Assembly: GCA_002269645.1 (NCBI GenBank)
Contig: NIVC01000778.1
Span: 1-64,000, forward strand
Length of the DNA: 64,000 bases
Direction of reading: 5' to 3'
Source of the DNA: Macrostomum lignano
Taxonomy: Eukaryota
Shown: one piece after another, positions 33,066-64,000 of the stretch
How positions within the stretch are numbered: position 1 is the stretch's first letter
How the letters are laid out: every line of letters begins with the position of its first letter
Notes under the pieces: generated by a model
The model's input: only the letters and a program-made list of their open reading frames with translations
Told to the model about the DNA's origin: nothing
The model's database searches: none
Position numbers and translations under genes: made by a program

Positions 33066-33281
33066 ATGTACTTATATTCCTAGTCATCTGAATTCCAACG
33101 TATGACGAGTATTGACAGCTATAATTTATATTAAATCGTATATGATTTTTGTATTTCAGACTCCGGTATTTTTAAATCAATAAATCTTGACCCCGCATCA
33201 TACGTGAGCTGCTCAAGTTGCAGACGTGCAACTGGTCACTTTAAGTGAAATTAGCCGTGTTGAAAATTGCGCTTAAAACAA

Positions 33282-35886
33282 ATGTCAGATTTGCTTCAAT
33301 CGGCCGACGACGCCACAGCTGCAGCGTCGCTAGCAGTTGAATCAAGCATGGCAACTATTGACAATGAAAGCATTTGTAACGATCATAATGATCTTGCTGA
33401 CAATGAAGCTAACGATGACAATGATCGGATTACTTCGCCAGCGTCGTTTCGACCAATTGGCGTCGGCCTGTTCGGTTTCTCGCCGTTTGCTGCTTGCGCT
33501 TTGCGTCAAATTTGTTTAAATAATCATAGTATTAGTAAGGTTAATAATAATAATGCTAATAATAATCAGCGACGACGTCCATTCCGTCTGGTTGGCTGTT
33601 GGACTTCGGACGAATCAGAGCGGACTGCGTTAGAAGGCTTTCTTAAACGGGAATGCATATTGCCGCAATCGTCTCTACTACTGTCCAGCAGTAGTAGTAG
33701 CAGCGGCGACTGGACTAGCAAAGAACACCAGCTAGATGAAGACAATTTCACCGTTGTCGTGGGTGGCGATCCTGCGGCGCTTGCTAGCCGAACCGAAGTG
33801 TCGCTTCTGTTGCTATGCTGTCGCGGTGAACGAGTACAAATTGGATTGGCTAAGCTGGCTAAAGAGACAGGTGCGAACGAAGTTGGTGGAGCTGGAGTAG
33901 TAATCCTAATCTGTACAATTTACATCGATCTTTAGCGCTTAACATAATACCATTATCCCGACGTTACAATTAACATTGTTGGGCCTCTCAGACCAAAAAA
34001 GTTGCAGACGTCTGCATACTCCATGTTTGCAGATTACTCATTTTGACGATTCCATAAGAAGTCTTAAAAATTTTTTTTACTTGAACTATTTGACACCCAA
34101 CTTTGTAATGATAGAGTACATTCTTATCTATCTAGTCTATTTGAAATTTATTCCAAAGAGCTTTTTGAGGTTATTGGTTTATGATAGTTATTTAACTCAG
34201 TCACGAGTGTTTAACGCTGTCTCACAATCAATTTATTATCATACTGAACTTTATTCAGGGAGCCTAGCCGTTAGACTCTGGCCTCCGCCGCCGCCACCAT
34301 ATCGCGTATTAGATACTGTAGCAGTTGGCTGCTCTTATCGCTACCTACCATCTGTGCAGTGCATGCGATCTCGCCTATCCACCGGTTTAATTGGCCAATT
34401 ACAAGTTATAAATATTAATTTGCGCTATCCAAAGCTTATTGGGGAACGGTTGGTAGTTATTTATTATTTTATTGTCTTTTATTATTCGTCGATTAACTTG
34501 CCCGCCTCACTCCTAATGTACACGTGATGCTTTCCTCTCTGCCGCTTAATGTACACATAATGCTTGCTTCTCTACCCCCTCGCAGCCCACCTCGCTCCCA
34601 ATGTACACCATGCTTGCTTCTTTACCCCCTCGCAGCCCACCTCACTCCCAATGTACACCATGCTTCCTTCTCTACCCCCTCGCAGCCCACCTCACTCCCA
34701 ATGTACACCATGCTTCCTTCTCTACCCCCTCGCAGCCCACCTCACTCCCAATGTACACGATGCTTCCTTCTCTACCCCTTCGCAGCCCACCTCACTGCTA
34801 AATCCAAGCGCTGAATTATTAATTGCAGTTACGATTGGACATGCGATCCGGATATGGGCGGCGGAGTTCTAGCCTACTACGGCGCCATAGCAGTCGATCT
34901 TGTTCACTATCTGGCCCCTGCCGCGGCCGCAGCTTCATTGGCAGGTCGTGCTCCGCTAACCTACGAAGTAATAAGCGCTTCCGGTCATTTATTAACCTGT
35001 CAATCTCGGTCCAGTCAAATTGACGAAATTAGGCGTATTGGAGTCGACCAAGTAGCCAGTTTTGATTTGCAATTAGCTGGCGGTTGCTGGGTGCATGTTT
35101 GGTTAGACTCGCTATTTAACGGGTGAGAGCACTTGTAATTTGTTTGATATATTGTTTATTGCTTTGCGGGTTTGAAAACAGTGCACTTCTGGGATTTAAA
35201 AAGAAAACTTTTTACTCAATTATTTAAAACGAAAAATGTACATATATGGGTTAGAAAGGACAGTGTACATTTTTGGGGTTAGAAAAACTGTACATTGGGG
35301 TTCGAAAGGACTGTCCATTTGGAAGTATTCTAGGAAAGGATAGTGTACACATAGTGGTCAATTTAAAATAGCTTGTTTTTCTTTACGCTCTACTGATCAC
35401 ACTACTGTTTAGTACAAAAGTTAGCGTTGTTATTTGTTTTCAATTTCGCTTTTCAAAAGGTATTCCCACACCATTGAACTAATTGGCGAAAATGGTCGCC
35501 TGACACTATCGGATTTTGTGCTGACACACGTTGACTACTTAGCTGATAGTAGTACAGCAGAAGCGCACACTCTACACAGCGATCCAATCACCGAATCTGA
35601 ACAAGGCATTTTGCAAACTATTGCACATTCGGCGGACATGCCTATGAAACAGTTCGCCTCGCCAGAGTTAATCAAAAGCGCGACTGGATTAATCGATTCC
35701 ATAGCTCGAAACGATACTGTGGTTGTTGACTATCCGTCCGGCAGCTATTGGACTTGGCTGCAGCAGACACTGGCGGCTATTCGATGCTCCAGCCAGTTGA
35801 ATCGGTGGGTCTCCATCGCCGAGTGCAGATTAGGTCCCGGCAGCGACAAAGATGGTATTGCTTGTAGAAAATTTCCAACGACGTGA
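33282..35886 (+). CDS. Glucose-fructose oxidoreductase domain-containing protein (GFOD1/2-like), divergent
   Basis: join(33282..33870,34259..34448,34829..35122,35460..35886), all splice phases consistent. Motifs GVGLFGFS, VGCSYRYLP, YDWTCDPDMGGGVL, HTIELIGENGRL and AIRCSSQLNRW align with GFOD. Confidence 0.8.
34500..34800. repeat. 50-bp minisatellite (about 6 copies), relative of 32715-33065
   Basis: Unit TGCTTGCTTCTCTACCCCCTCGCAGCCCACCTCACTCCCAATGTACACCA. Confidence 0.93.
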
Positions 35887-36010
35887 TTTGGCATCTTTTT
35901 TTTAAAGTGAACTTCTTACACGCCAGAGTTCAGACCCAACCTGTTTTAACTGTTAATTCCGATTGTTTACCATTTGTGTCTTGCAAATTCTTGCACAATT
36001 TGATTTTAAG

Positions 36011-36318
36011 TATCGCCCTCACACCTTAAATAATCGCCCTCACACCTTAAATAATCGCCCTCACACCTTAAATAATCGCCCTCACACCTTAAATAATCGC
36101 CCTCACACCTTAAATAATCGCCCTCACACCTTAGAGAATCGCCCTCACACCTTAAATAATCGCCCTCACACCTTAAATAATCGCCCTCACACCTTAAATA
36201 ATCGCCCTCACACCTTAAATAATCGCCCTCACACCTTAAATAATCGCCCTCACACCTTAAATAATCGCCCTCACGCCTTCAAGAATCGCCCTCACACCTT
36301 CAAGAATCGCCCTTTCTA
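36011..36318. repeat. 21-bp minisatellite (about 14 copies)
   Basis: Unit ATCGCCCTCACACCTTAAATA. Confidence 0.97.
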
Positions 36319-37441
36319 CCTCTTCAAAAGTCAAAGGATCTAACTTGATGGTGTTAAATTAAATTATCGAGAATTATTACTTCGTGAATTACAAAATTAC
36401 TATTTATTATAGTATTTTTAAACTGTTTACTTTTTGTTTAGTTAATTTTTTTATCGCGCTCAATTTTAAGCTCTGGTAGCTTTATTGATTTTAATAATTG
36501 AGTCAATTCGACTAAGAATTAGCTTTAAATTCTTTGTAGCTTCTTTAATATCTAGTTGTAGCTCTATTTTTGTGTATTGTGTTTTAATTATCATTTTATT
36601 GACTAGCGTCTAAGATATTTAAGCGTATACACATGATACTACTATTAATGTAGTTCCTTTTTAAATCAATTTTTGTTTATATCCTATACTTTGTTTATTG
36701 CGCCAAAGTTGTATAAATTTAATTTTTTATAAACCGTTTTTCGTTTACACTACATACTACTTTATGAGCAGCATTAAAGATTTCTTTGTTGTTATTACTG
36801 ACTAAACTGATGTACACTTTGGCAGTAGTGCGTCATTATTTGTTTGGCTTAGTTGAATAAAAAGCAACAACTTGTTGCTTTGACTTGTTTATACGAGTAT
36901 TTTGTTTTGTCTTTTGGAGTAAAACTGGGGTAAAATTTAGCTGTGTACCCGACTCAATATCATATGATAAATATCTATAATACATATGCACAATTTATAT
37001 ATATATAAATGTATATGATGAAAAACCTGGTTTCATATTTTTTGTTCCACTTACCACCTTCAAAAACATGATTATTAAAAGTGTAAAAATGATTTAACAT
37101 TTTTTATCGAGTCTCCATGTTGTTGGATTTCTTTTTTCCATTCCCAGTTATGTTATTTTGTATTTTAATTGTTCGAAAAATTGCAATATAAATCTGACGC
37201 TAAAGCTTGATAAATTATATCTTGACGTTTAAGTTTTGTCAGATTTTATCAACTAAAATGTATCTACCTGTTCAACGTTACATTTTCACTGCTCAAGGAT
37301 TATAAGATTTGTCTTTTGCGTTGTTGTAATTGAAAGAACATTACAGTTTAATTTAAAAGGAGATTTTTTTCGAGTCAAATGAAAATAAAAAAATTATTTT
37401 CAGTCTTTATTCTTTTTTATTATCTTTATGTCATTGTTAAA

Positions 37442-37790
37442 GTGCCGTAGCCCAGTGGTCCAGCGCGGCGCTTTGATGTGCCAGCGGCCCAGGCTCGATT
37501 CCAAGTGCAGTCGCATTAATTTGGGGCTGAATTGGAATCTCAGCTTGGCTCTGCTCGTGCAATTAACGCCCAGCTTGAGGGCCAACCCCCAAGGCACAGT
37601 GAAGTGTACATGCCTAACGATAAATAAAGTTAGGGCCGCTGTACACTCCTGTGTGTGCCTGTGCGTATGACTGCGGAAGTATCCGCGCGCTTGTGTGCCT
37701 GCTCAGGGGAGTCGGTGGAATGGGCAGCAATGCCTCTCGCCGGTTGAGTGACAATGTCGCTTAAAGTGCTCCAGGGTGCTCACAGCCTCC
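37442..37790 (+). mobile_element. tRNA-derived SINE family A, full-length copy
   Basis: A-box TAGCCCAGTGG (37448), B-box GGCTCGATTCC (37492) and a body of about 290 nt shared by at least five other copies in the window. Confidence 0.9.
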
Positions 37791-37971
37791 TGCTTCTATC
37801 CAACTAACCTAACTAAAGTTAAGCACAGATTCTCGCGGTTAGCTGGAAGCTTTGAATCAAGCATAAGCTTTACAGATGTAGGACGTATTTTAATTAAAAA
37901 CACTTCTGCTGGCCATTTCTGGTTTTTACGCTTTTCCTATCGATTTTTTTCAAAGAAACCTAAGGAAGGCT

Positions 37972-43644
<5,673 letters not shown>

Positions 43645-44352
43645 TGACCGTGTTGTCGTTGTGGCTCTCTTCTTAGAAATTATCAATAATAAAACCGATT
43701 TTTTGTATGACGACAATAGAAACGCTGGGATTGCGATATTTTGTTTGATTTATTGCTAATTTTACTAATTATACTACTCATGAATGCTATTCTAGTAGTT
43801 TTAGTGGACAATGAAACTTATAGCCTAGTGCAAAAATTATGTTACATCAAGTGTCATAGAAAAATTATATAAAGTCCAATCTAATACTTCAAGCAAGCCA
43901 GTTGTGCACAAAATATTGAGAAATATATTTTTATTATCAGTCATAAATCTTCCCTCTTAATATATATATTGCATGCTTTAGAAATTGCTGTAAACTATAC
44001 TGAATTCGTGTTTTATCCTTTCAAGCCTTCCGCCAATTTTTTATAATTGTTCATCAATCAGGCGATTGTATTCGAAATTTCAATAAATAACTTTCATCTG
44101 TCACTATTAATTACCTGATGCTATTGATTATGGTGTTTTTATTTGAAATTTCTAATGAATTTAATAACAGTGTTTTTTGTTTTTAATAAAATTTAATTTA
44201 AGATTAGGCATCTAAGCTTATTTCTTACCACAATGTTTTTAGGTATGAAATTAGTATATTGTGATTGACTGATTTAAAGTTGATAGATTTCAAGGAAAAA
44301 CCCTGATAAAATTGACTTATCATTTAAAGTTGATAGATTTCAAGGAAAAACC

Positions 44353-45075
44353 CTGAGGAGGGTAACGAAGAGTCCACTGAAGCTAACCTGAGGAGGGTGG
44401 CGGAAAGTCCACTGAAGCTAACCTGAGGAGGGTGGCGGAGAGTCCTCTGAAGCTAACCTGAGGAGGGTGGCGGAGAGTCCTCTGAAGCTACCTGAGGAGG
44501 GTAGCGGAGAGTCCTCTGAATCTATCTGAGGAGGGTAGCGGAGAGTCCTCTGAATCTATCTGAGGAGGGTAGCCGAGAGTCCTCTGAATCTATCTGAGGA
44601 GGGTAGCGGAGAGTCCTCTGAATCTATCTGAGGAGGGTAGCGGAGAGTCCTCTGAATCTACCTGAGGAGGGTAGCGGAGAGTCCTCTGAATCTATCTGAG
44701 GAGGGTAGCGGAGAGTCCTCTGAATCTACCTGAGGAGGGTAGCGGAGAGTCCTCTGAAGCTACCTGAGGAGGGTGGCGGAGAGTCCTCTGAAGCTACCTG
44801 AGGAGGGTAGCGGAGAGTCCTCTGAATCTATCTGAGGAGGGTAGCGGAGAGTCCTCTGAATCTATCTGAGGGGGGTAGCGGAGAGTCCTCTGAATCTATC
44901 TGAGGGGGGTAGCGGAGAGTCCTCTGAATCTATCTGAGGAGGGTAGCGGAGAGTCCTCTGAATCTATCTGAGGGGGGTAGCGGAGAGTCCTCTGAATCTA
45001 TCTGAGGAGGGTAGCGGAGAGTCCTCTGAATCTATCTGAGGGGGTAGCGGAGAGTCCTCTGAAGCCCTCCTGCAG
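44353..45075. repeat. 34-bp minisatellite (about 21 copies)
   Basis: Unit CCTCTGAATCTATCTGAGGAGGGTAGCGGAGAGT. Confidence 0.97.
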
Positions 45076-45156
45076 AGGTAGATAAAGCTTTTCAATTGCT
45101 ATTTCTATTTGCTCCTGTTTCAGATTAAGACAACTCAGAATAAGTGACGCAACATA

Positions 45157-46479
45157 ATGTTACACGTGGATGCTTTATCAGGAGACGTGTGGCTTCAATT
45201 ACGTCACAGTGTTGCCAGATTTTGTCCAACCGCCAACGATGCCAAATCAACTATAGTATTCTCCGCTCCAGAAGATGCCAAAGGCGGCAAAGAATCCGTA
45301 CTTTGCTTTGCTGCTAGTCCTTGCGGAAATTTTTTAGCAGTTGCTACCGATGCAAAAGTTGTTAGAGTTTTAGACTTGAACAAGACCGACTTGTTAGCAA
45401 CGGTTGCCAATGTAAACTGTGTTAAACGGGCCGCGTTTCTGCTATTTGACGACGCCAAGACTTCCTCCGATGCGACTCTGCTGTACATTGCCGACAAAGG
45501 TGGCGACGTGTTAAGCGTTGCTATAGCAACTAATTCTAGCTCTTCTAGTAGCGGCGAACTCGTTCTAGGCCACTTGGCCATGCTAACAGCTATTGAACTC
45601 GTTCCAGCCTCGGTTGCTAATGGCATTCGTTGCCTAGCAACCGCAGACGCCGATGCGCGTATTCGAATTAGTCGCCTACCGAATGCTTACAATATCGAAT
45701 CGTTCTGCCTTGGCCACGACTCTCCAGTCCTAGGCCTGTCCACTTGCCTGTCCAGTGCCTGTCTGTTAAGCCTGTCCTCTGATGGCAGTCTTCGAGCTTG
45801 GAATCCAACATTTGGCTTGGAATTATCCAGCCTACAGTTGCCAAAATCTTCATCAACTAGCGGCGATAGGACCTATTGTCACCTGATTGTGTCGCAACGG
45901 CTTAACGTAGCCGCTTGCGTTTCCATGCCAACCGATGCATTTAAAAACTCGATTATTGTTGCTAATGACGCTAGTGGTGATGGACCGGCTATCGTATCCG
46001 AATTGTTGCTATGCAAGATCGGTCAGCCGCCTGAATGCCGTTTAGAGATTATAACACAATCGCCAATTCCTCTTAGTGCAGGCGTTATTGTCTCGGCTAA
46101 ATGCTGTTGTCAATGTCAACAAACTGGCAATAGTTTCCCCGAGCAAGATTGCTTATTGTTGCTAGGCAACAATCCGTTAAAGCCGTTAGAAGCTCGATTA
46201 TTTACTGACGGTAGCGAATTGTCGTTGCCCCATTGGCTACAGCCGGCTGACAGAGCTCTAGTTGCTGAGGCCGTTAATTGTCGGCTGGATTTTTTTGTCG
46301 ACGTGCTGACCTATGCCAATCTGGAGGCCGCCGGTTTTCAGGAGTATCTCGACAGCAAGTCGGAGCGGATCGAACGCTTGAAGCTGAAACGACGAAGGCA
46401 GGGCGCCGGAAAAGTGGCCGCTGATCCCCATGCTGCTCAGGGCATGCCGGTTGGCGAACTCATTGGGGATAGCGACTGA
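45157..46479 (+). CDS. WDR4: tRNA (guanine-N7)-methyltransferase non-catalytic subunit WDR4/Trm82
   Basis: Single exon, 440 aa. Motifs IADKGGDV, LVLGHLAMLT, TADADARIRISR and IESFCLGH match the WDR4 signature. Confidence 0.88.
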   Translation: MLHVDALSGDVWLQLRHSVARFCPTANDAKSTIVFSAPEDAKGGKESVLCFAASPCGNFLAVATDAKVVRVLDLNKTDLLATVANVNCVKRAAFLLFDDAKTSSDATLLYIADKGGDVLSVAIATNSSSSSSGELVLGHLAMLTAIELVPASVANGIRCLATADADARIRISRLPNAYNIESFCLGHDSPVLGLSTCLSSACLLSLSSDGSLRAWNPTFGLELSSLQLPKSSSTSGDRTYCHLIVSQRLNVAACVSMPTDAFKNSIIVANDASGDGPAIVSELLLCKIGQPPECRLEIITQSPIPLSAGVIVSAKCCCQCQQTGNSFPEQDCLLLLGNNPLKPLEARLFTDGSELSLPHWLQPADRALVAEAVNCRLDFFVDVLTYANLEAAGFQEYLDSKSERIERLKLKRRRQGAGKVAADPHAAQGMPVGELIGDSD

Positions 46480-46504
46480 GGCTGGCTGACTGACTTGCTG
46501 ATTT

Positions 46505-46735
<231 letters not shown>

Positions 46736-47588
46736 TGTCGATCTATCTATTTCATTTATCTTCTTGTGTATGTTCTATCTCTCTCTCCCTCTCTCTCTTT
46801 CAGTCTTCCAGCTTCGCTATCATTTCTCCTTTGTTTGTTTGTCTTTTATTCTTTTTTAATGCGCCACCTGGGACTGCAATTTTAGCTAAGACAAAATTGA
46901 ATGCTTTATAGAAACAAAATTACATACTTGTACAGAATATAACTTGAATAAATTTCCTTCAAATAAAATGACACGTTAAGGACGCGCGAATGAATAGGTA
47001 CAAAAGCATGTATTTTTCCGTTTTGGGATTATTTGCTTTAATTTTCTTTTGTTTATATGTATTCATATCCAGCAAGAAGCATGTTAGTGCCATGGATTTT
47101 TCTTATGAGTGAAAGTCTTTCTTGTTATTTTGTTATTCTACGGATTCTCGCGTGTTTCGCTTGTTTGGCTTTGATTTAATTGATGTCAAGGCCTTGGACA
47201 CGCGTAAATGATTAGTGTAATAAAATATGAGCTAAGTCTTCTCATCTTGCAAGCTATACTCTAGCGTTATTATTATAGTTATATCTAGCTAGTCTGTGAA
47301 TTTATGGTCTTTTTGCACGACGGCAGAGTTGGATTATGAGGGGCTGTGTTTTTCCTCTCGGCTGTTTGTACCTACCTATATCTTAGGAGTCCTAATGCAT
47401 TAGATTCTCTAGCTGATCACGCGTCTTATTAGCAGTCACAGAAAGTTTTCCTTTTAGTAGAGATAAATTATTTGATGCATTATTCCGTAAGCTCTTCATT
47501 TGGAAAAATAAACTTTCTTCTCTACTATAGTCTCCGGAGAGTACTGTTCGTGACAAATTGATTAATTAACTACTAAATGCTATTATGA

Positions 47589-47727
47589 CATGAGTTGGCA
47601 AACTTTTTTTAACTTGAGGGCCAGAGAGGAGAGAGAAAAGAAAGAAAAAGAGAGCTGAGAAGAGATACAAACCTTGAGCTGGCCGGATTGCTATTGTGAA
47701 GTTTCAAAGGAAGTTTGCCGACCCGTG
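47589..47727 (+). mobile_element. hAT/Charlie-like MITE, short-core copy
   Basis: TIRs CATGAGTTGGCAAACT and AGTTTGCCGACCCGTG, with a GA core of only about 40 nt. Confidence 0.72.
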
Positions 47728-47933
47728 CTATATAGCACTAAATTACACTCTTACTGCTTGATGATAAACCGTTCTCGTTTTTCAGCCCAACTAAAATATA
47801 TTCAACTAAACGAAAAGAAATTACACCAAAATCAAAAGAAGCTTTAGCTTGCCTCAAGCTATAGCAAGAGCTTGGTTGATTTTGACTAACTAATCAATAA
47901 AAACTATCGAGTCAATCACAATAACCAAACGCC

Positions 47934-63083
<15,150 letters not shown>

Positions 63084-63196
63084 AACAGACTCTGCTTTGC
63101 TAATTAATAACTGTTTTCATTAACTGATTGATACGGTTATTAATGCCGCAATTAATACCCGGTAATTCCATTATTCCAAATTTGTGATTGTTATTG

Positions 63197-64000
63197 AACC
63201 ACCTGTGAGAATCCCCCCTGCAACCCACCTGTGAGAATCACCCCCCCCCCCTGCAACCCACCTGTGAGAATCACCCCCCCTGCAACCCACCTGTGAGAAT
63301 CACCCCCCCTGGAACCCACCTGTGAGAATCACCCCCCTGCAACCCACCTGTAAGAATCACCCCCCCCTGCAACCCACCTGTGAGAATCACCCCCCCTGCA
63401 ACCCACCTGTGAGAATCACCCCCCCTGGAACCCACCTGTGAGAATCACCCCCCTGCAACCCACCTGTGAGAATCACCCCCCCTGCAACCCACCTGTGAGA
63501 ATCACCTCCCCTGCAACCCACCTGTGAGAATCACCCCCCTGCAAACCACCTGTGAGAATAACCCCCCTGCAACCCACCTGTGAGAATCACCCCCCTGCAA
63601 CCTACCTGTGAGAATCACCCCCCCCTGCAACCTACCTGTGAGAATCACCCCCCCCCTCTGCAACCTACCTGTGAGAATCACCCCCCCCCCTCTGCAACCC
63701 ACCTGTGAGAATCACCCCCCCCTCTGCAACCTACCTGTGAGAATCACCCCCCTGCAACCCACCTGTGAGAATCACCCCCCCTGCAACCCACCTGTGAGAA
63801 TCACCCCCTCCCTGCAAACCACCTGTGAGAATCGCCCCCTCCCTGCAAACCACCTGTGAGAATCACCCCCTCCCTGCAACCCACCTGTGAGAATCACCCC
63901 CTCCCTGCAAACCACCTGTGAGAATCGCCCCCTCCCTGCAAACCACCTGTGAGAATCACCCCCCCTGCAACCCACCTGTGAGAATTACCCCCTCCCTGCA
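63197..64000. repeat. 28-33-bp C-rich minisatellite, runs off the right window edge
   Basis: Unit CAACCCACCTGTGAGAATCA(C)nTG with a variable poly-C run. Confidence 0.97.

Overview
Eukaryotic (metazoan) genomic DNA with the standard code and GT-AG introns. The gene, repeat and splice-acceptor architecture suggests a trans-splicing invertebrate such as a Macrostomum-like flatworm; this is inference and was not verified. Positions 1-6318 hold a decayed Ty3/Gypsy LTR retrotransposon on the minus strand, running off the left edge. It has gag, a GGGAAAC -1 frameshift site, and protease-RT-RNaseH-integrase. Its leader carries an unusual array of four primer-binding-site (PBS)-like units about 50 nt apart, each with its own LTR-end-like ACA-ACT and each matching a different tRNA 3' end. 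Positions 8788-63083 hold twelve unrelated, intron-poor housekeeping genes, all on the + strand and 1.0-2.8 kb apart: IDH3G, BET1L, TMEM53-like, a BTB protein, COMMD10, UCHL5, a divergent profilin, USP15-like, GFOD-like, DPP9-like, WDR4 and TAF1. Most have a splice-acceptor-like AG shortly upstream of the ATG, as expected for an SL-resolved operon-like cluster. Introns and spacers are filled with locus-specific minisatellites, microsatellites, two tRNA-derived SINE families and two MITE families. All calls come from reading the sequence and from recalled family motifs; no database searches were run.
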